From: Eledone cirrhosa | Taxonomy: Eukaryota | Reading direction: 5' to 3' | Length of the DNA stretch: 64,000 nt | NCBI GenBank assembly: GCA_964016885.1 | Contig: CAXHJY010001092.1 | Location: 8,618-72,617 of the forward strand | Shown here: piece by piece, positions 14,908 through 52,470 of the stretch | Numbering within the stretch: the stretch's first letter is position 1 | Layout of the letters: every line of letters starts with the position of its first letter | Translations under genes and position numbers: made by a program | Notes under the pieces: generated by a model | What the model saw: only the letters and a program-made list of their open reading frames with translations | Databases searched by the model: none | What the model was told of the DNA's origin: nothing

Positions 14908-15869
14908 AAGGGAGGTAATAATGAAATATTGTTTCAGTGAAGCGTCGTTATTATTAAGCCAATCGTATGGCGTTCCCAGTGCTCTGTCAGTATTAACTGT
15001 CTGCCTGTCTTAAAGGTAGATAAATCATTGAGAAACTGGAATATTATAGAGAGCGCCGGGCAGTGAGTTAAAGAAGTTAGTTCTGTGATCGTCTGCAAAT
15101 ATTAATCCTTATTTGTATGAACTGGAAACATCTCTTTGATAATATCCTCACCCTTTCAGTTCAGTAGCAATAGATTATACATATTTGGCAGCTACATGTG
15201 TTGTTGGGATGGTGGTGGTGGAGACGGTAGTGGTGGTGATGGTGGTGGTGGAGACGGTAGTTGGGGGGGGGGGGGGGGGGGGGGTAGTGGTGGTGGTGAT
15301 GATGGTAGTGGTGGTGGTGGTGGTGAGGGAGGAATGATGTAGAAGGAGCAGTGAGCCGATTGTTAGATCTGACCCAGGAAACTTATCTTTCTGTTGTTCT
15401 TTCCATTGCTGATACTTCCGCCTTCCGGTTTGGAACTCTTGGCAAAAGAAGGCGGGATTTGAACTCAGAATCTAGAGAACAGGGTTAGATACCACGAGCT
15501 ATATACAGCACACACACATATACAGACACACACATACACACACACACAGACAAACACATACACACACACACATACACACACAGACAAACACATACACACA
15601 CAGACACACACATACACACAGAGAGACTCTGACACGCGCACAGACAGAGATAAACACACACACACACTGACACAGACACGCGCACAGATAGACATACAGA
15701 CACACACACACACAGAAACATAGATACACACACACACATAGACACGCGCATACACAAACATGCAGACACATACATACATACACACAGTCACAGACACACA
15801 CAGACAAACAAAGACACACACACACACATACATACCCGTCTCCTCAATCTTTCTGTTTCTTTTTTATTT

Positions 15870-15915
15870 CTCATTCTATTTTCTGATGAAGGACTAGCGT
15901 CCGAAACGTTTAGAC
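15870..15915 (+). ncRNA. Penelope-type ultra-minimal hammerhead-like motif
   Basis: CTCATTCTATTTT-CTGATGAA-GGAC TAGC GTCC-GAAACGTT; same leader as the 6661 copy; palindromic AACGTT; stem I unclear. Confidence 0.5.
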
Positions 15916-16226
15916 TCTTTTCCTTCTATATCAAGTGTAAAACTAATAATATATGTCTTCATTTTACTGTGTTGTTTGCTTTGTTATTTCTGTGTGTGTG
16001 TGTGTGTGTGTGTGTTTATACATCCACACGAAGCGAAGAAGATATGTGTGTATATATGTAATAAAAGTGTGTGTGTTTGTAAGTATGAAGCTGTGAACAA
16101 ATGTATGTGTATATAAGTGTGTGTATGTGTATATAAGTGTGTGTGTGTGTATATATATAAGTGTGTGTGTATGTGTATATAAGTGTGTGTGTGAGTGTGT
16201 GTACAGAGCTGTGAAGGTAAATATAG

Positions 16227-16288
<62 letters not shown>

Positions 16289-16442
16289 TGTTCTTTATAA
16301 GCTGTAAGAAAGTAAGTTTCTAACCATAACAGAGCCAAGGGAACCTAGGGAGTGAATGTGCGTGAGCAAGTATGACAACGGACGGGGTAAAGGTGACAGT
16401 GGCAAGCAGTAGAGAAGCAAACATGAACGTATGTGTGTAAGA

Positions 16443-16655
16443 TTAAAGAAATTGGGGAGAGGAGTTGAGTCCATTGGGGAAACTGGACCCGAGTCGGAAA
16501 ATCAGATACTGCTCACTCTTGGTGCGTGAGGCCTGTGATCCGTGATGTGAAATGACACCAATGACTGAGACATGTAGGGAAGAGTAACCTGGAGAGCGGA
16601 AAGGACGAGTGACAGGAGTATCCATACTGAGTCGTATGTCCCGCAAAACGGTCCA
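16443..16655 (-). mobile_element. Second Penelope-like GIY-YIG C-terminal remnant, truncated at (TA)n
   Basis: RDIR...PVTRPF...VSVIG...RTKSEQYLIFRLGSSFPNGLN matches the PLE endonuclease terminus. Confidence 0.75.
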
Positions 16656-16730
<75 letters not shown>

Positions 16731-16872
16731 CGCTGCTTTCACCGTTAAACTTTCATCTGTTATTTTAATGAATATTTGCTCTAAGTTTTTTATATATATT
16801 TATATATATATATTATCCTTATCGAGCCCTCTTCGGATTTTAGTCTTCACATTTATCATTATTGCTATATAT

Positions 16873-17062
16873 AGGGCGATGGATTGGCAGTATCGGTAGA
16901 GGGTCGGACGCCATGCTTTCCAGCATAGTTACATCCCTTTACGATCTGAGTTCAAATCCCGCCGAGGTTGACTTTGCCTTTCATCCTTACGGGGTCGATA
17001 AAATAAAGTACCAGTAATGCACTGGTAATTGCTGGCCTTGTGCCTAAAGTAGAAACAATTAT
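16873..17062 (+). mobile_element. SINE family A with target-site duplication
   Basis: ATTATTGCTATATATAG on both sides. Confidence 0.9.
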
Positions 17063-17664
17063 TGCTATATATAGTTCCAGACTCTTTATAATATAACCAT
17101 ACTCTACTACCCCAAGTATCGAGTACTCTGGTGAGTAGTGGTCTAACTAGCTTCAAACTGATTCCCTAACCCATAGAATTTGTCTCTAGCTTACATTTCT
17201 CCTCTTCGCCACCCCCATCTGAACTCTTGACCAGTCCATTAACACAATTGTGATACACACACATATTCACAGAAAATCTCCCTCTCCCTAAAAGCAACTA
17301 CAACTACCACCACTACTACTACCACCACTACAGCTGCTGCCACTACTACCATGACTACTTCTCTATATACATACACAAGATTCCATTTTTCCAGTCTTCT
17401 TCTCAACAAGAGGTTGCTCCACCATATCCCACGCCCTTGCTCTTCGCCGTATAGTAGAACTAAAAAACCATGGCATGGAGGCCGTATTAGCATTTATCGA
17501 TTTCCAGGGCCTATGAAGGAAGGTCTCCAGTCGGTACTTTGTTCCGGGGTCCAAGAACTAAGAAGGCCCCCATAGCAACCATGCAACATCCATTTTGAGA
17601 AAAATCTCTGCTTGCTTCGGGCCCCAAAGGGGTCTTGTACTGCTTTATAAAATTTCTCTTGCAG

Positions 17665-17850
17665 GCCCTGTCGATTTCCGAAAGGCCTTTGACTCCATCA
17701 ATCGCAAGAAAATGCTAGATATTCTCAAAGCTTACGACATTTCACATGATGTAGTCAACGCTATCAGAATCATGTGCAGAATACATCTGCAGTAGTAATG
17801 ACGCCAGATGATGAAACTGATACATTTAAAATTAGTTCTATCGGTGTGAG
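17665..17850 (+). mobile_element. Non-LTR (RTE-like) reverse transcriptase fragment
   Basis: VDFRKAFDSINRKKMLDILKAYDI. Confidence 0.8.
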
Positions 17851-18084
17851 TAAGGCTTAACAAATGTAGACCAGCTAAATCTATTTCCCCCAGTTTGTTT
17901 TCAATCTCGGTCAAAGCTGTGTTATAATGTTCGTCTGAAAAAGTTACTTCTATGCCAGTTTTCGGGGACAAACGGTGCTTGCAAGCATGTCGGATAACGG
18001 ATTAGTTGAAAACACGAAAAAACCTAGGGAAAAAAATGTCTCATCGCGATCCTCACCCAGGTTGTGGTTTTTCTCACATCTCAG

Positions 18085-18550
18085 ATGTGTATGCAATGAA
18101 AGGCCTTATGTCTTTCAACAAGATTCTGCACCATCACACAAGGCTCAATTGACACAAGAATGGATGGCTGACAATTTGCATGATCACATCACCCCCAACA
18201 TCTGGCCTCCTAATTCTCCAGATCTCAATCTACTGGACTACTATGTATGGAGCATCATTGAGAAAAATCTCAATGAACACCCCCATAGCACCAAAGATTC
18301 TTTGAAAGCCACAATAGTTCGAGTCTGTCCGATATGAACAAGGACCACTTAATCCGAGCTTGTAAACAATTTTGACCCCGTGTAGGGGCAGTTATTGATG
18401 TTTATGGCGGTTTCATTGAATAAAATTATTAAATTGATAATTTAGCTTTATGTTTACGTTATTTTTATAAGAATACAGTTTTTTTTTCTGTTATTATATA
18501 AGCGTTTTTTTTAAACCATAAATCTGTCCCCAAATACCGTCCGCACCCTG
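18085..18550 (+). mobile_element. Tc1/mariner superfamily, maT (DD37D) transposase 3' fragment with terminal repeat
   Basis: FQQDSAPSH...WPPNSPDLNLLDY with 37 residues between the Asps; ends ...GCACCCTG followed by TA. Confidence 0.88.
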
Positions 18551-18571
18551 TATATATATATATATATACTC

Positions 18572-18602
<31 letters not shown>

Positions 18603-18719
18603 GATATATATATACATATATATGTATATAAATATACACATATATATATATACATATATATATACATATATATATATACATATATATATATACATATATA
18701 TATACATATATATATATAC

Positions 18720-18900
<181 letters not shown>

Positions 18901-18969
18901 CATATATATATATACATATATATATATACATATATATATATACATATATATATATACATATATATACAT

Positions 18970-19114
<145 letters not shown>

Positions 19115-19190
19115 CATATAAAAACAAATAACGAAACGAAATTAAATTTCGTTTCATTTGTAACTCACTTTTGTATGACTGACGCTTAAA

Positions 19191-19412
19191 CAATTAAGTT
19201 AAAGATGTACATCCATATATGTATACTGAAATACTAGTATGTATATGAATACACACGCGTATACATATGTAGATGTACCAAGTTTTTTCACTGGTCACTT
19301 TACTGAGTGGCCAGCTATTCTGTATGTAAACACACATATGTATACGTGTGTGTATTCATATACATACTAGTATTTCAGTATACATATATGGATGTACATC
19401 TTTAACTTAATT
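19191..19412. repeat. Inverted repeat, ~80-bp arms with ~60-bp spacer, between two large (TA)n arrays
   Basis: CAATTAAGTTAAAGATGTACATCC... / ...GGATGTACATCTTTAACTTAATTG. Confidence 0.9.
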
Positions 19413-19420
19413 GTATATAC

Positions 19421-19499
<79 letters not shown>

Positions 19500-19500
19500 C

Positions 19501-19655
<155 letters not shown>

Positions 19656-19696
19656 CATATATATATATACATATATATATATACATATATATATAC

Positions 19697-19803
<107 letters not shown>

Positions 19804-19804
19804 C

Positions 19805-20282
<478 letters not shown>

Positions 20283-21079
20283 CCACCCTTGCAAGCAGGG
20301 AAAAGCGGACGTAAAATGATGATGATGATGATGATGATATATATACATATATACATATAAGAATAAAATAACCAGGATTAAATTATTACATTAAATTATT
20401 TAATTGATTTACAAACGTTTCTATACACACACTTATATATATTTATATACATACATACATATACACACACATACCTCACCCCCGAAAGTGTCTTTCCATT
20501 TTGGAACTCTTCGATTAAAGAAATTACTTTTAGTAAGTTAGGCACTAAAATATAAACATTCCTGCATACAGGTTAGTAAACGTCCTTTAAAAAAATATAA
20601 CTCTCTACCCTTATATATATATCTATAACTATTTTTATATATATATAACTATATATATATAATTACAATATATTTCGCCTATATAATAAAGAACAGTTTC
20701 CTAGGCGGGGTTTAATATGATAAGTTTCTGGTTAAACTTTAGTACGTAGTAGTCTAATTATATATACAATACCAACAAACTTTCTAACGACTTCTGTTCA
20801 CCGCTTATTGTGTTTATATAAACAACATAACTAAACTGCTATGCATTCCATTAAAAATGAAAGAACTGTTTCGTCGTTTCCTTCACACTCTCTCATATAT
20901 ATATATATTTAGGCACCCGTTTTACGTGTGTTGTGTTGAGGCAAATAACTATGTGTATACTCTGGTAATGTATCTTACATTGCCCATTGAGTGCGCTGAG
21001 ATACAACAGGTACTGGCATTGATAAATATGCTGGGTCCGTCAACCCTTATTATTATATATATATTTATATATATACGCA

Positions 21080-21250
21080 CAGTTGTCCCCCGATATTCGC
21101 GGGGGCTGCGTTCCTAGAAACCTGTGAATGCATTCAATTAAAAATGAAACAACTATTTCGTCGTTTCCCTCGCTCTCAAATATATATACACATACACAGT
21201 TGTACCCCGATATTTGCGGGGGGTTACGTTCCTAGAGCACCTGCAAATAT
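21080..21250 (+). mobile_element. Two tandem Tigger/pogo-like terminal sequences
   Basis: CAGTTGTCCCCCGATATTCGCGGGGGCTGCGTTCC at ~21080 and ~21197 within a local duplication. Confidence 0.55.
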
Positions 21251-22127
21251 TGGACGTGGTCCATAAAAATGCATATAAACGTCAAAACATATCGTATAAT
21301 ATAGGCCGGTAGATACGATAAATTGTTATTAATGATTTCCATGCTTTCCAGCATAGTTATGTCCCTTTACGGTCTGAGTTCAAATCCTGCCGAGGTTAAC
21401 TTTGCCTTTCATCCTTACGGGGTCGATAAAATAAAGTACCAGTAATGTACTGGGTAATTGATGGCCTTGTGCCAAAAGTAGAAACAATTATTGATTTAGC
21501 ATTAAAAAGTGTTGAAAATATAAATCGCGGAAGATATTTACTATTCCACGCACAATTATTAGTTAGGTTCTAAGGAAAATTCCGCGATTGCCGCTGGTAC
21601 ACTGTATATATATATATATATACACATATATATATATATATGTGTGTGTATGTGTGTGTGTATACACATGAACATAACGGTTAAAACACTTAATTGGCGC
21701 ACCTTAAATTTATATATAAATAAAATATTGTTATACTTTGGGAGGGTCATGTTGCCAATAAGAAACACACTTAACATGTATATCTACGGATATCCGTATA
21801 AATGAAAAGTATAGAAATTGTTGTAGCGAGAAGCTAACAGTATTCCATATATATATATATACACACACACACAGTCACGCTGGTTCCAGGCTTTCTGTTA
21901 CTCTAGAGAGAGAGGGGGTGGGGAACGACGAAATAGTCTCATTTTTAATAGAATGCATAGAATATGTTGTTATATAAACACAATAAACGGTGAATAGAGT
22001 CGTTAGAAAGTTTGTTGGTTTTCGTTATTTTTCTCTGTAATTTAGTCTCACTGATGTCAACTTTGTATTTTAGTATTTCGCAGTCGATAAAAAAGTACCA
22101 GACAAGTACCTCTCTCTCTCTCTCTCT

Positions 22128-22465
22128 CGCAGTAATACAGAGTACCCGACCTCCAATGGGTACAAGCTGAAGCATATAGACAATATGCCCCCACACCCCC
22201 CACTGTAAAGTGGACGTGTAGGCGCCACGAAAAAGCACCCAGCCCACACTGTAAAGTGGACGTGTAGGCGCCACGAAAAAGCACCCAGCACTCACTGTAA
22301 ATGAGGTTGGTGTTAGGAAGGGCACCCAGCTGTAGAAATCAAGCCAGATCAGTTCCTGTATGAGCAAGGCATGGTCAGCCGACCAGACACTGCCCACAAC
22401 AGGACAACCCGTCTAACCCATGCTAGCATGGAAGAACGGACGTAAAACGGTGATGATGATGATGA
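22128..22465 (+). mobile_element. RTE-associated non-autonomous repeat (family C) with internal ~47-bp repeats and (GAT)n tail
   Basis: Near-identical inverted copy at 52555-52925; related copies 44030-44750, 56880-57050, 60140-60470. Confidence 0.8.
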
Positions 22466-22739
22466 TCTCTCTCTCTCTATATATATATATATATAAGTGG
22501 AAGCTTAGTAAAATCGAAGCTTTGGCTGTGGCCAAGCTCACGACCCACAATTAGGAATGAGCAGCAAAGCACTAAATAAGGTAGGCGCTTAGAGTAATAA
22601 CATACGTTTAGACAGTTAGACAAATTGAAAATTACGGCAGGCAGACCTAGCCACATAATACCAAAAACAACGAAGAAACTAATCAGGTTATATATATATA
22701 TATATACTTCATTTAAAAAAGACACTAAATATATTAATC

Positions 22740-22925
22740 GGTCGTGCCCTTGGCAATGGAGACTTCTGGTGTCCTTGGCCTTAGGGCTACCTCCCTACTC
22801 ACCACCATAGGCGCTGAGCTGACCAGCCGCAGGTCTGAGCCTCGCGAGATGGAATGGCGCTTCCAGCGCATCTCCCTTACCATCCTCTGGGGAAACGCCT
22901 TCTCCATTCTGTCGGCCGGGAGTGT
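22740..22925 (+). mobile_element. CRE-clade non-LTR retrotransposon C-terminal (restriction-like endonuclease) fragment
   Basis: PLAMETSGVLG...EPREMEWRFQRISLTILWGNAFSIL resembles the P.A.ET.G...QR.S...RGNA..+L signature. Confidence 0.7.
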
Positions 22926-23009
22926 GGGGTGGCCAGCACGTGGAACCCCATTTTCTCACTATACAGAGAGATGGAGGTGATGACAGTGGGAGTCCGGCTC
23001 TTCCGTCTT

Positions 23010-23341
23010 CGGACACATACACTAGCACACAGGTCCTTGGTTTCAATGGCTGCTCTGTGTGACTGTGACTTTGAAGTGGTTGATCACTCTCCCTATTCTC
23101 CTGATATGGCCCCATCTGATTATCATTTGTTCCCCAATATGATAAAACACTTGGCTAAGAACCAGTATCGCAGTCATGATGACATCATATCTGCTGTTGA
23201 TGACTCTTTTTACCAACAGGATGAAACCTTCTTCACCAATTGGATCCAAGCACTGCAACACCATTGGAAGAAGAGTAAGGACCGCAGGAGGAGGGGGACT
23301 ATGTTGTAAAATAAATCTCATTTGGTCACATTCCATGAGAG
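23010..23341 (+). mobile_element. mariner transposase 3' fragment
   Basis: HSPYSPDMAPSDYHLFPNM...IQALQHHWKK; matching terminal sequence also at 27451-27522 (-) and ~48720-48750 (+). Confidence 0.88.
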
Positions 23342-26005
23342 TGCAAAATGATAAATTGAAAAATAAGTTATTAGAAAATTAAAGGTTAAGGTAGCGAGAT
23401 TTATTTACTGAACTTACGGAGAGAGTCTTATATGAAAAAATTAATCTCGATAAGCTATTAGGATGGGATATAGAGTAAAGATTTTGATTGCGAGTCCCAG
23501 CCAGCCCTCCACCCCCACCATGAGTCAGCCAGTCTCGAGTGGTATCGTCCAGCGAAAGAAATGGAAATTAATTTTTCCGAGTACTCTAGGAACGTAGCTA
23601 CCTTAGGCCCCAGGAGCGCCAGCAGGAACTCCACAATTTCGACAGGCCATCGTCTATACCAAACGAATGCTATTAAATCACACATGAGGGGTTTATTTAC
23701 GTGCCAGTAGAGGCATGATACAGCTAATAGTCGTGCCTAAACCTAGAGTTTATAGGCATAAGTATAATATGGCGGCCAAAACAGGCGGCACGATGGGACC
23801 GGGGCAAAGCAAGCCGCTCTGAGTAATTTCGTTTACCGAAAGAGGAGAAATTTATTTTTCCCAGCACTCAAGGAAGGCTGAACTTTCCGAGTGCCCAGCG
23901 CGCAGCCGGGAAAAGCCACCACACAAGTCGAAGGTAACAACCCAATGGAAAGTGCAAATAGACCAAAATTATTTTAAAGTCCCAGTTAGTCCGGGTTATA
24001 AGTAGTGTGGTTCTTAGGTGGGTAGGGGGCTATGAAGGTGCATAATAAAAGCAGGATACAAAGATAAAATACAAATATAAAGATAAAAATACATTAATAA
24101 AATAATAAAAAAATATACATTAATGAAATAATAAAAAAATTAATAAAGGTAAATAACTAGGGATGTAGAAAGACAGAAGTATATAAGAACGTATCGGAGG
24201 GATCACAGTGTAGGGGAAATACAATATAGATCAAGTTGTAAGATAATACAGGTTGTACATATAGATATAGAGGATGGAGGAGATGGAATGGTAACAGGTT
24301 GTACCTAGTGTAAAGTTCGGGTCTCCGAATTCAGTGTGAGTCACAAAATGTCCTGAGGTATAGAGTCAAGAATTCAGTCAATACAATACATGTTTTAGTA
24401 TAATATGTAGAGTTTTGTCGGAATCGGAATCATCCCGACAAGGAAATAGTATCAGGTGGCAGTAGATAAAGCACAGAGCAGCCAAAATCCGAATGGTAAG
24501 TAGATCAGTTAATCCCATGTACACTGAAGTCAGTGCCGCTGTTCAATATTACATTTTGAAGTGCTCAACATTATTGGAGTGTCATTAAATAAATCTTGCT
24601 ACCTTAACCTTTAATTTTCTAACTTATTTTTCAATTTATCATTTTGCAATTTAATATTTTTAATTAAATTTAATTTCATCCTATAACTCGCATCATAAGT
24701 TTAACGTTCCAATCTTCGGTTCACACATTAGACCATACAGACACCCATTATAGATTCTTTGGAATAGCATTTTCTAGCATGAATGTAGTGTGACTCTTAC
24801 GCTGACTTCTTTCTCCCTTTCTTTCTTTCTTCCCCTTTTTCTTTGATGGAGAGGTGGTAAGCCTTCGTCCCCTCACCAGATGTTCATTAGTAGATTCAGT
24901 TGCCACCACTTTGAGGGCGACTGGCTGAGGTAAAGGCAGCAAGTTGGCCAGTCGTCCTCTTTGTCTCTGTTTCTGATTTTTTGGACCCATAGTTTTTTAC
25001 ATATTCGTTTGTTACATATTCCTTTGTTATATTCCAATACCTGATGATATCACCGGATTCATATGGAACCCGGTCATTGAAATGATCATAGTATAATAAA
25101 CCTTTCAAGGATTTACACCAGTCCAGCCTCCTGTTATTTTATTTTATTTATAATTAACTCCGTATTCGCACCACCAACTACACAAACGAAGATGGGTGAA
25201 CTGCACTGTGTTGAGTACTGTTCACAATATTACACCAGGATTGACCATACGGAATGACCAGTTCTATCCAGTGGTGAACCAACAAACCTAAAGAAATATA
25301 TATATATAATCATCATTTAACGCCAATCTTCCACGGTAGCATATATATATATATGTATATATATATTGTCACGGTCGACTTCCTGAAAAAATTACAGTAC
25401 TAATTAAGTAATTATTAAATACTTGTATCGTGTGAATGTTTTTTTTTATATCCTGTTCTACCCAGGAAGAGAATTCTCAAATTATATTCGTGTGGAGATG
25501 TCTCCCCTAGAATTTTTTTCCTATCAACAGCTATTTATGTTATCATATATAGTTTTTCCTGATGACTTCTTATGAATAAAACAGTTCTAGTCCTGTAACC
25601 GTTATTCCTATAAGGAAATGAATATGCTTATACTCTACTAACATATAAACTGCCTTTTTTTAACTGTGTTCACCTCCCGACATACATCAGGAACCCACCT
25701 GTATATATATATATATATATATAACAAAGAGGGTTTGGTAAGATACCAGGTAGACCATAACGCACCAGAGTACTCAATATTTAGGGTAGTAGAGTGGGTA
25801 ATATGAAAAGATTCAGGACCCCGATGGCTGAGCTCCGGCCGTTTCGACAACTAGATCCGAACAGTTCGGATCTAGTTGTCAAAACAGCCAGAGCTCAGCT
25901 GTCGGGGATCCTGAATCTTTTCACATATAAATATATATAATATAAATAAGTATTGCGTCAAGAAAAATATAGACTTCAGCGAGAAAGGAGAGTAAGAATT
26001 TATTG

Positions 26006-26112
26006 GCTTTAACATATGTTTCTATGTCTATTATAATAGTCTACATATGCTGACTACAATATATATTGTTCAATCATATGCAATACTTATTTATCACACG
26101 TCTTCAGAAAGC
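26006..26112 (-). ncRNA. Type I hammerhead motif with ~78-nt stem II region
   Basis: Minus strand GCTTT-CTGAAGA-...-GAAA-C-ATAT-G-TT-AAAGC; base of stem II imperfect. Confidence 0.6.
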
Positions 26113-26169
26113 TTAAAATTGTTTGTGGTAGTGTCTTTCCAGCATGCTATAGAATTCATATATATATCA

Positions 26170-26615
26170 TCATCATCATCATTGCAAGGGTGGGACAGGT
26201 CTTATTAAGTACGGCATCTCTCCATTCGTCACAGTCCTTCGTCATCTCCTCCGTGAGCTTCAGCGATCTGAGGTCAGCTCTCACCACCTCCACCTATGTT
26301 TTTCATGGTCTTCCTCTACTGCGTCTTCCTTCTACTGGGATTTGTTAGCACTTCTTTACCCAGCGGTCATCCTCCATGCACATCACATGTCCATACCATT
26401 GCAGTCTTCTCTCCCGCACACTATAACTTATCTCTCTTATACACAGTTTCTCTCTCAACTCGTCTATGCCTGGTCGTTCACGCACATTGACATTGCACAT
26501 CCAATGGAGCATGCTTGTTTCATTTCTCTCCAGCTGTCGCATATCCTCTGCAGTTGCTGCCCATGTCTCACTACCATGCAGCATCGCGCATCTCACACAG
26601 GCATCATATAACCAT
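26170..26615 (-). mobile_element. RTE-clade LINE 3' fragment with (GAT)n tail
   Basis: MLHGSETWA...LERNE...VRERRLQWYGHV; related copies at 43690-43995 (-), 57600-58420 (-), 59935-60140 (+), 61045-61140 (+). Confidence 0.85.
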
Positions 26616-26934
26616 CCTTTCGTTCACGAATGTATATATATATATATATATATACGTTTGGAGAAATCCATAGATAAAAAAATCAAGGAAAACAGTGCTT
26701 GATCTGTTAAGAGAGAGATTATTTAGTGTAAACAAAGTTTCAGACACTTAACATGTCAAGTGTCTGAAACTTTGTTTATACTATATATATATATATATAG
26801 TAATAATAATAAAATTGAAGACTAAAATCCAGAGAGGGCTCGATAAGGAAAATATATATCAAATATATAAGAACCGAAGAGCATATCCAAACCCATGCAA
26901 GCGTGGAAGATGGACGTTAAACGATGATGATGAT

Positions 26935-26974
<40 letters not shown>

Positions 26975-27403
26975 TGTACATTGGGAATCCACTTGCATGT
27001 GTGTATGTATTTATGTATGTGTATATATATGTGTGTGTGTTGTATGTATGTATCTATTTGGAGTAGTTTAAAACAATTAAGATTAGCTAATGAGAAGTAG
27101 ACATATCCTGTTTACTCTGAATTGCCACACCTCAGAGAGACGGATGTAGTATCATTATTACACAGGACAGAGATGAAGAAAGTCATTATTTTTGACAACA
27201 GCGATGGAGATTGCTAAAAAAAAAAACCACCCAATTAACTTCAAACTCACGAATGTTCGTTCTTGTGGCTGACCAACTCCTTCCTTGTAGCAGTATGTTA
27301 CTTTTGAAGTTATGGACAAAGTGGGACCAAATGTTTGATAAATAAGTTTGCTTTACTATGAAGAAATTCAGGGTTTGGTCCCACTAAGTGGCAGTATAGG
27401 CAA

Positions 27404-27438
<35 letters not shown>

Positions 27439-28441
27439 CAACTCCTGCACATACAAGGACTGGCAGAAAAGTTCATAGGCTGACCAAGATACTCTCATGG
27501 AATGACCAAATGAAATTTATTTTTTAACCTTTTTTAACTTTAGCATTTACATTGTGGAGGCATATGGCTTAGCAGTTAGAGCATTGGCCTTGCAATCGAA
27601 AGGTTGTGAGTTCAATTCTCAGACCGGGTGATGTGTTGTTTCTTTGAGCAAGAGACTTTATTTCACATTGCTCCAGTTTACTCAGCTGTAGAAATGAGAT
27701 GATAGGGACTCATTATATATATATATACATTTTGGAAACCATTGAATGGACTTTAATTCATATGGCCATCCTGAATCAACCTGAGAATTACATTAATCCT
27801 TTCATTACCATTTGTACATTATTTTATGTACTATACATGCACCTTTGATAAGTCATAGTGACCTGTGCACTGTTCATAATAATTTTCATTATTATCATTA
27901 TTATTTATATTTTTCATTATTATCATTATATTTATATTTTTCATTATTATCATTATATTTATATTTTTTATGAAAATCTCTGACTATGATAAAGTGTTTA
28001 CTGTGAAAATACAATAGTAAATATTGAGTAATGTAAATGCTAAAGGGTTAAGTTAAAAGTTAGTTTTTTTCACTACATTCTAGACACTAACTCTGCCAGT
28101 TGCAGACTGCGCATCAGCATGAGTTATTTTTCTCCTCAAAGTTCAATCACCAACACCAGAGTTTAAAAAGCAATGGTCAAGTCCAGTCCATAAGTAGACA
28201 TTATCAAGCCATCATTTTGGTTGCTGACCTCTGCTTTTCTTACCAGCCAACCGTCCTTCCAGGCATAACTTACTCACACCATGAGTTGATCTTTTGATAT
28301 GACCATAATTCAGTTTATTTTTAAGAAATTCAATCACAATAGAGCTCACCTTTCAATTCCAGTAAATATTCCAGTCTTCTAAACAATGGCTGTTTGGCTT
28401 GATTTTGGTTTCTTGGCAAGGAATCTCCACAGAACATTATA

Positions 28442-51457
<23,016 letters not shown>

Positions 51458-51664
51458 CACCTTCCATACCAAGATCCCAGAAATTAAGACTTACCATCAA
51501 GATATATATAATATATGTGTGTATGTGTATACATATATATATATACACATACATGTATATGTATGTTATATATATACATATATATATATATATAACAAAG
51601 GAATTGTGGTAAGGAACCAGATGGACCATAACGCACCAAAGTACTCGTCGGGGTCATACTTGTT

Positions 51665-51723
<59 letters not shown>

Positions 51724-51792
51724 GGTGATTTCTTTATCTTTACTGATAATTACCATCTGCATGTGCACCCCATCACCAACTCCAAACATCCA

Positions 51793-52470
51793 TTAATGGC
51801 CTCTTAGGTGACTTTTAAGTCCAGCTGTAGAATTGCACGGTCTGCAGCAAATGTGACAGTCAAAACATTTACCCTCTATTGGATTGATTGGGTCAGTTTG
51901 TGTGATGTCATCCTTATGTACCCTTAAATACCTTTTAACACCACAAATTAATTTGCAGCTCTTTTTGCACACCACAGATGTATTCTCATCTAGTATTGGA
52001 GGGATAGTGGTGCATAAGGTTAGCTTTCTATGTGATTTTAAATGAGTGATGTACCCAGATTTAGAGAGCAGTAGATGACCACACACCTCAGAATTCCAGC
52101 TTCCTGTGTTCTTATTCTGGTTCATACTGTGGCCTTTCCAAAGCTGATGTTTTTCCTGGTTAAGACATCTCTCTTTAAATGTTCTGCAACCTTCACTCAT
52201 CCGTTCCATTCAATCCTCTTTAAAGCAAGCATTTCCCAGTTCCAAACTTCAAATTGTAGATCTTTATGGTTGTTTTTTTATGCAATCTTTATATCTTTAT
52301 ATATCTTAGTTTGTGCTGAGCTGAGCGTGTTTCCCAGTGTGCGATTGACTGTAAAATAGTTGTTTTGGGAGTCTATCTTCATTCGTGCAATAACATGACC
52401 TACCCAATGCATTTTAGATATGATGGCGGATTCAATGCTTGTGCAACCAACATCAATAAGGATTTGTATC
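51793..52470 (-). mobile_element. RTE-like LINE C-terminus with C2H2-like motifs, degenerate
   Basis: SIESAI...HWVGHVIARM...KYKD..K, then CHICCRPCNSTAGLKSHLRGH*; frameshifts. Confidence 0.75.

Noticed and set aside
23342-24648. Simple TIR DNA transposon
   Set aside because: No target-site duplication, and the interrupted mariner does not resume after the right repeat; kept only as an unexplained finding.
25559-25640. CTGATGA followed by a hairpin
   Set aside because: No convincing stem I or stem III/UH; at most a heavily decayed HHR.
27166-27292. Possible additional coding exon upstream of PrimPol
   Set aside because: AG/GT boundaries exist, but the ATG-initiated frame stops inside it and shows no PrimPol similarity; could only be a 5' UTR exon, unproven.
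51793-52209. Host C2H2 zinc-finger gene
   Set aside because: No TGEKP linkers, degenerate Cys/His, and contiguous with RTE motifs.
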